Below the pieces are notes generated by a model. That model was given only the letters and a program-made list of their open reading frames with translations, was not told where the DNA came from and did not search any database. A stretch of DNA of 64,000 bases, taken from the NCBI GenBank assembly GCA_042565725.1, contig JBHORK010000005.1:4370-68369 (forward strand), given 5' to 3'. The position numbers were made by a program, and so were the translations under genes. Origin of the DNA: Verrucomicrobiota bacterium. GTDB lineage: Bacteria > Verrucomicrobiota > Kiritimatiellia > UBA8416 > JBHORK01. Of the stretch, positions 36,843 to 45,103 are shown one piece after another (the first letter of the stretch is position 1; every line of letters begins with the position of its first letter).

Positions 36843-37757
36843 ATGGCATTTGCGCTAAGAAGAGGAATTCCTAATCTTGTATTAGGAATTCCTCTCTTGT
36901 TTCTAACAACATTATGTTCAGCTCAGAAAAATTCTTCATCTCTTCTTAGCAACAACGATTCAATTACTTTCCAATTAGCGCTTGATTTGGACCGGGAGGC
37001 TTTTCATGACCGCTCAGCGATTGAATTCCGTCGACTGGCGGCAAGCATCACAAATTCCCATTACAAGGCTGGCCATTACTGGGCCGCGGCATACGAATAT
37101 TTCAAAGCCGGCAATATAAAGCTTTCGGAAAAAATGCTGGATTTGACCGAAGATACATCTTCGGAATTAAATCAACATGCTATTCTTCTCCGTGGCGAGA
37201 ATGCGTTGTCGCTCGGCAATTGGAATGAAGCTTGTTTCTTTATGGAAAGCATACTTAACAGCAACCCATCCGAAGAACTGAAATTGCTGTCATCAAGAAA
37301 GATGGCGGGCAGTTATCTGCATAAAAAGCAACTGGAGAAGGTTCGTGAAGCTTTACTGAAAGTACCTGAAAGAAATATTAAAGAACTGGCGGAATGCAAG
37401 AAATACGCCTCTGGACACGATCGAACTCCATGGCTTGGCGGCGTCCTGGGAATCATACCGGGACTGGGCTATGCCTATTCAGGGGAATACGCTAATGCAC
37501 TGCGTTCCTTTATTCTCAACGGTATATTTATTTATGGACTGGTAGATACTGCAGACCATGAGCAATGGGGCGGTTTTACGGCTATCGCTTTCTTCGAATT
37601 GACCTGGTATACCGGAAGTATTTACGGAGGAATAGATGCCGCACACAGATATAATCAGAAACGGCTGAACGATTGTCTTGAAAAAATCGAAGGTGAAACA
37701 AGTTTCTTTCCCGATCTCAGTAAAATCCCGATTGTATCGCTGAAATTTGAATTTTAA
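36843..37757 (+). CDS. TPR-like protein with signal peptide and C-terminal membrane region
   Basis: Start at M21 (MAFALRRGIPNLVLGIPLLFLTTLCSAQ). Helical-repeat N-terminal half. C-terminal hydrophobic PWLGGVLGIIPGLGYAYSGEYANALRSFILNGIFIYGLV... Confidence 0.5.
   Translation: MAFALRRGIPNLVLGIPLLFLTTLCSAQKNSSSLLSNNDSITFQLALDLDREAFHDRSAIEFRRLAASITNSHYKAGHYWAAAYEYFKAGNIKLSEKMLDLTEDTSSELNQHAILLRGENALSLGNWNEACFFMESILNSNPSEELKLLSSRKMAGSYLHKKQLEKVREALLKVPERNIKELAECKKYASGHDRTPWLGGVLGIIPGLGYAYSGEYANALRSFILNGIFIYGLVDTADHEQWGGFTAIAFFELTWYTGSIYGGIDAAHRYNQKRLNDCLEKIEGETSFFPDLSKIPIVSLKFEF
36861..36895 (+). other. perfect 15-bp stem hairpin inside the signal-peptide coding region
   Basis: agaggaattcctaat-cttgt-attaggaattcctct read directly. 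Encodes RGIPNLVLGIPL. Confidence 0.8.
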
Positions 37758-37811
37758 CATCTCTCACAGCACGTGATGAACACATGCCAGGGAGAACACA
37801 GAGACACAAGA

Positions 37812-38816
37812 CTATAACTCGCCGAAAACCCCTACAAAAAAACCATCTCTCAGACTGGCTACTCGTTCAAGATCAACTTCCGAAACGGTTCCGTCAGAAA
37901 AATAAGTCTTATCTTCACCATTTGAACTTCCGAAATAAACCAACCGATAACCGGCACATATACCAATATCACAGGTTGTTAAGTATGAAAAAGCTAAGGA
38001 TGTATCAATACCCAAACCCGAACTATCGGAATGCTTAAAACTCGGACCGTCCTGACGAAAATCGTCACGTAACACCCAATAACCTTCTCCATTATAGTTA
38101 ACAAACGGAGATAATGACAATGAGCCTGATACTGACAATTGCCGCGTTAACGGATACTCGCTTCGCATTCCAAGTCGAACAGAGCGCCATTCAAAATCAT
38201 ACGTACTATTATATCCTGCCGGTTCAGGAAAAGGCTCACTAACCTGTTCATCCCAAATCACAGTCTGAACACCGTTTCGATCAACCAACTCATCCGTATA
38301 ATGCTGATAACCAATAAAAATATCTGTCCTTGCTTTAAAAGCATTTAAAGGCGGGAAAGCGGAAAGCACCAGATGCAGATCAGCATCATATATATTTACA
38401 TCTCCATCACTTTCAGCAACTGATTCCGACATAACAAATCTGAATCCTAATGCATTCACATAATCCGTATCAGTACTATTTCCATTTCTAATATCGCCCG
38501 ACCCATATCTGCCGGCAAGATATAGCCAATCCGTGATTTTTAGTTCACCATTCATTACCCAAACCAGGCTGTCTTGCTTTTTCCACTCAAGAATGGACCG
38601 GCCCGTTACAGGAATTCCAGATGGCATATAATCAACAAATCTTATCTCCCATTCACCAGATCCACCCGTTTGCCAGGCATCAACACCCAATTGAAGGCGG
38701 CGTGTAATGCCTGCCTTTTTTTTTGGTAATTTTTCTTCTGCAAATACACCCAAAGCTGATACCGCCACAAAAAATACACAAAATATAATTCGACGATTGA
38801 GATTATCCACTCTCAT
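37812..38816 (-). CDS. hypothetical outer-membrane beta-barrel protein
   Basis: 334 aa with signal peptide (IIFCVFFVAVSALGVFA). Alternating-residue beta-strand pattern rich in Y/G/D/S. No family recognised. Confidence 0.45.
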   Translation of the reverse strand: MRVDNLNRRIIFCVFFVAVSALGVFAEEKLPKKKAGITRRLQLGVDAWQTGGSGEWEIRFVDYMPSGIPVTGRSILEWKKQDSLVWVMNGELKITDWLYLAGRYGSGDIRNGNSTDTDYVNALGFRFVMSESVAESDGDVNIYDADLHLVLSAFPPLNAFKARTDIFIGYQHYTDELVDRNGVQTVIWDEQVSEPFPEPAGYNSTYDFEWRSVRLGMRSEYPLTRQLSVSGSLSLSPFVNYNGEGYWVLRDDFRQDGPSFKHSDSSGLGIDTSLAFSYLTTCDIGICAGYRLVYFGSSNGEDKTYFSDGTVSEVDLERVASLRDGFFVGVFGEL

Positions 38817-38871
38817 GCTTTACTCTCCCCTTTTAATTAGTCAAAATAGCAGATCAAGGAGACAGATGCAA

Positions 38872-38899
38872 GATACGAGATACGAGATACGAAATACGC
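38872..38899. repeat. heptamer tandem array (GATACGA x3 + AATACGC)
   Basis: gatacga gatacga gatacga aatacgc, in the divergent region between the OMP-like gene and birA. Confidence 0.85.
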
Positions 38900-38925
38900 G
38901 GAACGGACTATGGGGCGGCAGGCTC

Positions 38926-39630
38926 ATGATTTTTGAATCGCTTCCTTCGACCAATCAGTGGGCACTTGAAAATATTGCCGACTGCCGACATGGTGATGTT
39001 ATACGAGCAATCCATCAAACTGCCGGTAAAGGCCGATTCCTGCGAGAATGGATCACACCGGAAAACACATGCCTTACTATCACTATTGTCCTAAAACCGC
39101 AATCAGCCGACGAATCACTTGCTACCGCAGTAATGCAAATGGCTGCTTGTGCTGTCAGAGCCACACTCGAGAAGTTCAAAATCACAGCTTTACTTAAATG
39201 GCCCAACGATGTGGTTGTTAACGGCAGAAAAACAGCGGGCATTCTGGCCGAAAATGATCCCGCAAACCACTGTATCGTTCTGGGTATAGGCATGAACGTC
39301 AACCTTACAGAGCATGATCTTGGCAACATACAATTACTTCAGCCTGCAACATCAATGGCTATAGAAAAAGAACAAGCCTTCGACATTGAACAGGTTTGCT
39401 CCGAACTGCTAAACGAGTTTGAAACTCTCTATAATAAATCTTCCTGCCTTAAAATATGGGGGGAACACGATTTTCTCACAGGAAAATCGATAGAAGTACA
39501 AACCACAGATAACATCATTACCGGACAATACAATGGTATTGATGATCAAGGAAGATTATGTCTTACAGACAGTTCCGGCAAAAAACATGAATTCTGGTCG
39601 GGAGACATCACATTGCGGAATTCGGATTGA
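38926..39630 (+). CDS. birA: biotin--[acetyl-CoA-carboxylase] ligase (group I, no HTH)
   Basis: MIFESLPSTNQWA..., QTAGKGRFLREW (GxGRxGRxW-type motif), KWPNDVVVNGRKTAGILAE. Start at M74 (38926) preferred. ATG 38866 is possible but would translate the heptamer array. Confidence 0.8.
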   Translation: MIFESLPSTNQWALENIADCRHGDVIRAIHQTAGKGRFLREWITPENTCLTITIVLKPQSADESLATAVMQMAACAVRATLEKFKITALLKWPNDVVVNGRKTAGILAENDPANHCIVLGIGMNVNLTEHDLGNIQLLQPATSMAIEKEQAFDIEQVCSELLNEFETLYNKSSCLKIWGEHDFLTGKSIEVQTTDNIITGQYNGIDDQGRLCLTDSSGKKHEFWSGDITLRNSD

Positions 39631-39646
39631 CGATTGCGGATTGATG
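39612..39646. repeat. heptamer array (ATTGCGG-like x5) spanning the birA stop codon
   Basis: attgcgg aattcgg attgacg attgcgg attgatg followed by T7. Encodes the last residues ...ITLRNSD* of BirA. Confidence 0.8.
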
Positions 39647-39755
39647 TTTTTTTCACTTCAAGCTTGCATTTATACCCATTATCCGGCACAAATACGCAAC
39701 TTTATTAGTTTCGAATACTGCGCAAAATTAACATAAATACTTACAGGAGAACAAG

Positions 39756-41624
39756 ATGCAAAATAAATACGAAGAGCTTCTTGAAAGTAAAATGAGCGAA
39801 GAAAGCTATAAAAAGCTGTCTGCCCTTGAAAATGATGAAGTCATGAATTATATCGGTTATGCTGTAGAGTTATGCGAACCTGATAATGTATGGGTCGGTG
39901 ATGATTCAGACAAAGACGTAGCATATTGCAGACAGCTCGCGATTGACAACAAAGAAGAGGTTCCTCTTAAAACCGAAGGGCACACGGTACATTTTGACGG
40001 TTATTCCGACCAGGCTCGAAAGAAAGAAGTAACAAAATACCTGGTTCCGCAGGGAGTTGATCTGGACAAAAAACTCAACCAGATGCCGCGCGAAGAAGGC
40101 ATTAAAGAAATGGAAGATCTTCAGAGAGGCGCCTACAAGGGAAGAACCATGCTTGTCCGCTTCTTCTGTCTCGGCCCGACAAACAGTCAATTTGCTATTC
40201 CATGCCTGCAGATAACCGATTCGGCATACGTAGTACACAGCGAAGACCTGCTCTACCGTCGCGGCTACGAGGAATTCAAAAGACTTCCTGAAAACGGTGA
40301 GTTCTTTAAATATCGTCATGCAACCGGCGAAGTTGACGATCGTATGACGTCAAAACACCCTGACCTTAACCGGGTATATATGGATTACACGCAAAATACA
40401 GTTTTGAGTGTAAACACTCAGTATGCGGGCAATACTGTCGGCCTCAAGAAATTATCCCTGCGGCTGGCTTTGCGCAAAGCCGACCGTGAAGGCTGGCTCG
40501 CGGAACATATGTTTATCATGCGCAGTAACGGACCAAACGATCGTAAAACATATTTCTGCGGAGCATTTCCAAGCGCGTGCGGCAAAACCGCCACGGCAAT
40601 GATTCCCGGCGAGAATATCGTTGGTGACGATCTGGCTTACTTCAAGGTTATTGACGGCGAATTCCGGGCAGTAAACGTTGAAAACGGAATTTTCGGTATT
40701 ATAACCGACGTGAATTCCAAAGATGACCCAGTGATATGGGATGTTCTGAACAAGCCAGGTGAAGTTGTATTTGGAAACGTACTGGTAAAAGACGAAAAGC
40801 CGCACTGGATAGGAATGGACGGCGGAACACCTTCAGAGGGCTGTAACCATGTCAGTACAGAATGGAAAGAAGGCATGAAGGGACCTGATGGTAACCCCAC
40901 AACCCCCAGCCACAAAAACGCACGTTACACCGTGCAGATGAGAGATCTCGAGAATGCCGCTCCAAACTGGGACAATCCTGAAGGATTGCCCATAGGCGGT
41001 ATAATCTATGGCGGACGTGACAGCGACACATCCGTTCCTGTTCGCGAAGCATATAGCTGGGAACACGGTATATGCACAATGGGCGCAACACTGGAATCAG
41101 AAACGACCGCGGCAACCATAGGACAGGAAGGTGTTCGCAAGTGGAATGTAATGTCAAATATGGATTTTCTTTCAATGTCCGTAGGACACTACATCAACAA
41201 CAATCTCGAATTTGCGAAAGACATTAAACGTCCAAAAGTATTCGGAACAAACTACTTCCTTAAAAAGGACGGAGAATACACTAACGGCAAACTTGATAAA
41301 TCCGTCTGGATCAAGTGGATGGAACTCCGTGTTCATGGTGATGCTGAAGCCAAAGACGCCGCATACGGACTCATCCCCAAATACGAAGATCTAAAACGGC
41401 TTTTCAAACAGGTCCTGGATATTGATTATAGCGAGCAGGATTACATCGATCAGTTCACAATACGTATTCCGGAATGTATAGCCAAACTTGACCGTATGAA
41501 AGAAATCTATTCTACAATAGAAGACACCCCTCAGGAAATGAAGGATGAGATGACTGCCGAACGCAAGCGGCTTGAAGACCTGCGCGCGGCCAAGGGTGAT
41601 TATATAAGCCCTTGCGACCTGTAA
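39756..41624 (+). CDS. pckG: phosphoenolpyruvate carboxykinase (GTP)
   Basis: 622 aa. GTP-PEPCK kinase-1a motif FPSACGKT, plus characteristic YFLKKDGEY.. and WMELRVHG blocks. AGGAGA RBS. Confidence 0.95.
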   Translation: MQNKYEELLESKMSEESYKKLSALENDEVMNYIGYAVELCEPDNVWVGDDSDKDVAYCRQLAIDNKEEVPLKTEGHTVHFDGYSDQARKKEVTKYLVPQGVDLDKKLNQMPREEGIKEMEDLQRGAYKGRTMLVRFFCLGPTNSQFAIPCLQITDSAYVVHSEDLLYRRGYEEFKRLPENGEFFKYRHATGEVDDRMTSKHPDLNRVYMDYTQNTVLSVNTQYAGNTVGLKKLSLRLALRKADREGWLAEHMFIMRSNGPNDRKTYFCGAFPSACGKTATAMIPGENIVGDDLAYFKVIDGEFRAVNVENGIFGIITDVNSKDDPVIWDVLNKPGEVVFGNVLVKDEKPHWIGMDGGTPSEGCNHVSTEWKEGMKGPDGNPTTPSHKNARYTVQMRDLENAAPNWDNPEGLPIGGIIYGGRDSDTSVPVREAYSWEHGICTMGATLESETTAATIGQEGVRKWNVMSNMDFLSMSVGHYINNNLEFAKDIKRPKVFGTNYFLKKDGEYTNGKLDKSVWIKWMELRVHGDAEAKDAAYGLIPKYEDLKRLFKQVLDIDYSEQDYIDQFTIRIPECIAKLDRMKEIYSTIEDTPQEMKDEMTAERKRLEDLRAAKGDYISPCDL

Positions 41625-41643
41625 ACGGTTGACCATAAAAGAA

Positions 41644-41858
41644 TTAGACAGGATAACAGGATTTTTTTGGGATTGCTCTCGCCCCGCAACTGCGGGGCGC
41701 TCGCTGGTTGGGAGGGATTAACGTTATGGGGCCAACATCCACATAATCAAACAGACCGCTGCAGAAATTTGTTCCGATTCCGCAGGATATCGGAGGAAAT
41801 TAATGCAGCATCCAAATCTTTGACAATCCTGCTTCCCCATCCTGTGATCCTGTCAAAA
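41644..41858. repeat. inverted-repeat-bounded element with internal GC hairpin in convergent intergenic region
   Basis: ttagacaggataacaggat (41644-41662) pairs with the reverse complement of atcctgtgatcctgtcaaaa (41839-41858). Internal hairpin cgccccgc-aact-gcggggcg (41680-41699). The GACAGGAT(C/A)ACAGGATT core also occurs at 32106-32142. Confidence 0.65.
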
Positions 41859-41903
41859 TTCTTCTCCCCTGACTTCCTCAATGGGACACCAAAAAACAAA
41901 ATA

Positions 41904-42611
41904 TCACAAAAGGCTTTTTAGATCTGCGGAACTTTCCTTGGCTTCCTTTATACTTTTCTCTGCTGCACTGGTTACCTGATTAACCGTTTCAATTGTTTTA
42001 GCCTGAGATTCAGGTCCCAGACTAATGCCGCCGACCTTGGCCGCAATATTATTGATCGGCGTTCTGATACCGCTCATTACATCCTTATCGAGCAGGCTGA
42101 GATATAGAATCCCGACAGACGCTACAGTCAACAAAAGAGTCCAGAACAACAGCACAGCCGCCCACCAACACCTGGGTTTAGGGGGCGCTTGAATTTGCGT
42201 CAATATCGCTCCATTTTCTTCGTTCGCCGCTTCCTGTGCAGGAGAAGGCATTGCTTTTTTTCTGGCCACTGCAGCAGCAGCTTTTTTCATACCGGCAGGA
42301 ACGGGTTTCTTCCCTACAGGTTGCTTGATTGCCGACACCTGTTTCTTGACCGCCGCAGGAACAGCCCCTCCCGCCTTAACCAGCTGCGGTTTAGCAGGAG
42401 AAATCTTTGCGCCGACCGCAGGTGCTGCCTTTGGCAAGACTGCTTTTGCGTTACCCGGTCCATTAGCCGCAGTCAAGGGTTTAACAGGCGCAGCTCCAGA
42501 AGGAGTGAGTTTCGGCTTTATTTGATTAACTGTTTTCAATTCAGGCTTTCCAGCGGGCGCTAATCCCCCTGTTTGTGCCCCTGCATTCGGTGTTTTCACT
42601 TCTTCCGCCAT
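41904..42611 (-). CDS. hypothetical Ala/Pro/Lys-rich protein with one TM helix
   Basis: Start at MAEEVKTPN (ATG 42611; AGGAGG 5 nt upstream). Low-complexity A/P/K N-terminal half, TM segment WWAAVLLFWTLLLTVASVGILYLSLL, short C-terminal domain. Confidence 0.5.
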   Translation of the reverse strand: MAEEVKTPNAGAQTGGLAPAGKPELKTVNQIKPKLTPSGAAPVKPLTAANGPGNAKAVLPKAAPAVGAKISPAKPQLVKAGGAVPAAVKKQVSAIKQPVGKKPVPAGMKKAAAAVARKKAMPSPAQEAANEENGAILTQIQAPPKPRCWWAAVLLFWTLLLTVASVGILYLSLLDKDVMSGIRTPINNIAAKVGGISLGPESQAKTIETVNQVTSAAEKSIKEAKESSADLKSLL

Positions 42612-42651
42612 GTTTCTCCTCCTAAGGTAAAATAACACACAACGCCCACTT

Positions 42652-43431
42652 CTATCTAAGTCTTAAAACATCTCCAACTTGAAGATCTTCTTTTATCCTG
42701 CCTGATTTTTTCTTGCATACCACTACACTGCGATACACATTACCAACAACCATTTTCCCCACTACCTGATCACCGCGCAAAACATTATAAGCATCATCTT
42801 TATTTATCGCCGCACTGCCTTCAAAAGTTACAACGGTGACATCCCCGGGCTTGATGCTTGTTATCTCTCCATCATCCGCTTCCCTATCCCCCTCTTTTCT
42901 CTCAGGGGATAACATCGTCTGCCATAGTTTAGGATAAGCAGCGATTACAGATTTTACTTCCACTAATTCATTATTAATTTCTACCAATTTCTTCCTGTCC
43001 GCGTTTAATTGTTTAACCACCGTGTTCTTTGCCTCTATCAAGTCATTTATCCTTTTCAAATTGGCTTGATTTTGTTTATCCAAAGGCTCAACTTTGGTTA
43101 AAGCCTCATTTAATTCTGTCTCAATCTTTTGCTTGTCTATTTTAGCCTGGGCCAGATCGGCTTCCATCTGATCCTTGTCCTGTTTGGCAGACTCCAGATC
43201 ATCCGAAAGCTGTTGATTTGTGGATTTCAGACTCGTTATTTTCTCCTTGATTGAAGATCCAGTCTGCTTTAAGTCGTCAACAACCTCCCCTTGCCCGGAA
43301 ACGCTTTTTTGAAGGGACGCTATCATCCCTTCCTGTTTCTCTATTAGCGCCCAGGCTTTCATAGACAAAAAAGCAAATGCTATTGAAAGCAGGAACACCA
43401 ATATGACCATTAACTTTGACAGTTTACTCAT
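42652..43431 (-). CDS. hypothetical membrane-anchored coiled-coil protein
   Basis: 259 aa. N-terminal TM helix, about 130-aa heptad-rich coiled coil (DLESAKQDKDQMEADLAQAKIDKQKIETELNEAL), small C-terminal beta-rich domain. Confidence 0.5.
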   Translation of the reverse strand: MSKLSKLMVILVFLLSIAFAFLSMKAWALIEKQEGMIASLQKSVSGQGEVVDDLKQTGSSIKEKITSLKSTNQQLSDDLESAKQDKDQMEADLAQAKIDKQKIETELNEALTKVEPLDKQNQANLKRINDLIEAKNTVVKQLNADRKKLVEINNELVEVKSVIAAYPKLWQTMLSPERKEGDREADDGEITSIKPGDVTVVTFEGSAAINKDDAYNVLRGDQVVGKMVVGNVYRSVVVCKKKSGRIKEDLQVGDVLRLR

Positions 43432-43556
43432 TTTAAACTTCCTTATTTATGTACAACAATTAAGAGTATTTTATAAGATTTTACAGGAATAAATATTAAT
43501 TTCAATCCCCCTGTTTGTCAACGATTACTCCGCATTTATCATTTCTAATTCTTCCA

Positions 43557-44669
43557 TCACCACCCCATCAGATAACCGGCAAGTCCAATACAGCCTCCGA
43601 TCACGAAACCAACCACCTTGACCGCCACAAAAGCGCGTCTGGAATGAGCCAACACAGGCAGCATTCCGTGCCCATTCTGCACAATACAATTCGCCAAAAG
43701 AACACTTAAAGGTATCATTCCCTGAGCATAAAGAGTGACAAAAATTAAATGCGGGCCGGACTGAGGAATAAGACCCACCAGACAGGCAATCAACAATACC
43801 ACTAGATGACTTTCTTCTATCAGCGGCTCTAAATCCATGTGATCGATAAGAATGTGCATGAGCAGTAAAGCTCCGAACGTCCACACAAAAATTCGCCAGA
43901 CATGCACCTTAGCCAGATGTTTCCACAGATGCTCTTCCAGAAAATGGTCAGGCACAGTAGACACGATAAACAGTCCTATACAACCGGCGACAAGAAGGGT
44001 AATACGCACCCAATTCCATCCGCAATGGTGCGTTACTTCAGCGCCGAAATCCATATCGTGATGCCCTATTTCACCCGACACAATTCCTACAATAAAAAGA
44101 GTTAGAAAAAATGTCAGCCAGCCTCGATGCGCCGAACAATGTTTCCACTGATCAATTAACTCACGCCATGAAAAACAAATACAGCGTTCTTCTTCACCAT
44201 GAACAGACTGATACGCGCTGAGATGTTTATCCTGTTGTGTTCTCCGGTCTTTAAAAATAAAATCAACCGCTATTCCGCTCACTATCCCGACAACCAGCAA
44301 AACAGCAAAGATTATCAGGGCCTGACGCGGAAACAAAGACAACATCACAAATGCTTCGTCACCGCTTGTAGCAAGCATGGCTGCTGTAAGCGCACCGAAA
44401 GTTATTACTTTGTGCGTATAAAGACTTACTGCCGCGTAAGACCCCAGGCAACCGGGAGTTACACCCAACAGTGATGTGAATATAGACTGCCCCCATTTAT
44501 AGCGGCTGATCTTATTTTCCCACTTACCTTTCGACAGAACATTGAAATACTCAATCACCAGCATCATCACAAAAACAAAGCTGGTAATCATCAATGTATG
44601 CTTGAGAACTTCTACTATCATCCTAAACCTTATTTTTCCGGCGTTTTGTAACAAATCCCATTCTGTCAT
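43557..44669 (-). CDS. polytopic membrane protein, possibly putative 10-TM heavy-metal exporter (ArsP_2-like) family
   Basis: 370 aa, about 10 TM helices. GVTPGCLGSYAAVSLY and ATSGDEAFVML blocks recalled from that family. Start may be M17 (44621). Confidence 0.45.
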   Translation of the reverse strand: MTEWDLLQNAGKIRFRMIVEVLKHTLMITSFVFVMMLVIEYFNVLSKGKWENKISRYKWGQSIFTSLLGVTPGCLGSYAAVSLYTHKVITFGALTAAMLATSGDEAFVMLSLFPRQALIIFAVLLVVGIVSGIAVDFIFKDRRTQQDKHLSAYQSVHGEEERCICFSWRELIDQWKHCSAHRGWLTFFLTLFIVGIVSGEIGHHDMDFGAEVTHHCGWNWVRITLLVAGCIGLFIVSTVPDHFLEEHLWKHLAKVHVWRIFVWTFGALLLMHILIDHMDLEPLIEESHLVVLLIACLVGLIPQSGPHLIFVTLYAQGMIPLSVLLANCIVQNGHGMLPVLAHSRRAFVAVKVVGFVIGGCIGLAGYLMGW

Positions 44670-44755
44670 CCAGATAACATCATGCCTTGGAGCATGTTAC
44701 CCGAGAATTACCCTTCTCCTCCTTTAAAAGCCTGCCTCGTTCTTGAAGAATATTT

Positions 44756-45091
44756 AACCACGGAGTACACGGAGGCACGGAGAAGAGATAACTAAGAAAA
44801 GAGTGTTGCGTTATTTTCTGCCGGAAGTATCCGGGCAGAAAATTCCGCAACGGTTTGTAAAGGGAAGGAAGAGGAGTAGACCGAGAAAACATCAGCATCC
44901 CTTACATAATACAGGCTTTTAATCATATGTTCTGTTTCCTCCGTCTTTCTCCATCCTATCCATCGTTGCATGAATTTGGCGCAGATATTTCCATACATAC
45001 ACACAATCCAATATCTAGAGGAGTCAATATCTGTGTCAAATTCATGCAACCTCCTCTACTTCTTCTCCGTATCTCTGTGCCCTCCGTGGTT
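44756..45091. repeat. nested inverted-repeat element filling the intergenic region
   Basis: Outer arms aaccacggagtacacggaggcacggagaag / cttctccgtatctctgtgccctccgtggtt. Inner hairpin ttttctgccgg-aagtat-ccgggcagaaaa (44814-44842). 11-bp exact IR gcatgaatttg (44968-44978) / caaattcatgc (45037-45047). Confidence 0.7.
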
Positions 45092-45103
45092 TTCTTCTTC
45101 TTT

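Noticed and set aside
41667-41921. 84-aa plus-strand ORF downstream of pckG
   Set aside because: It reads through the IR-bounded repeat element and GC hairpin (peptide ...SPRNCGALAGWEG...). It has no RBS. Repeat read-through.
44858-44905. AAAGGGAAGGAAGAGGAGTAGACC...TCCCTT, superficially like the GGGGAGUAG core of the yybP-ykoY Mn2+ riboswitch, next to a metal-exporter-like gene
   Set aside because: The motif is on the plus strand whereas the exporter-like gene is on the minus strand, so it would be antisense to the leader. The match covers only about 7 nt of the consensus.
1775-45091. Possibility that the short-period repeat arrays are CRISPR arrays
   Set aside because: The units are 6-9 nt and directly abutting, with no 25-40-nt spacers. 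The arrays form inverted pairs. No cas genes are present.
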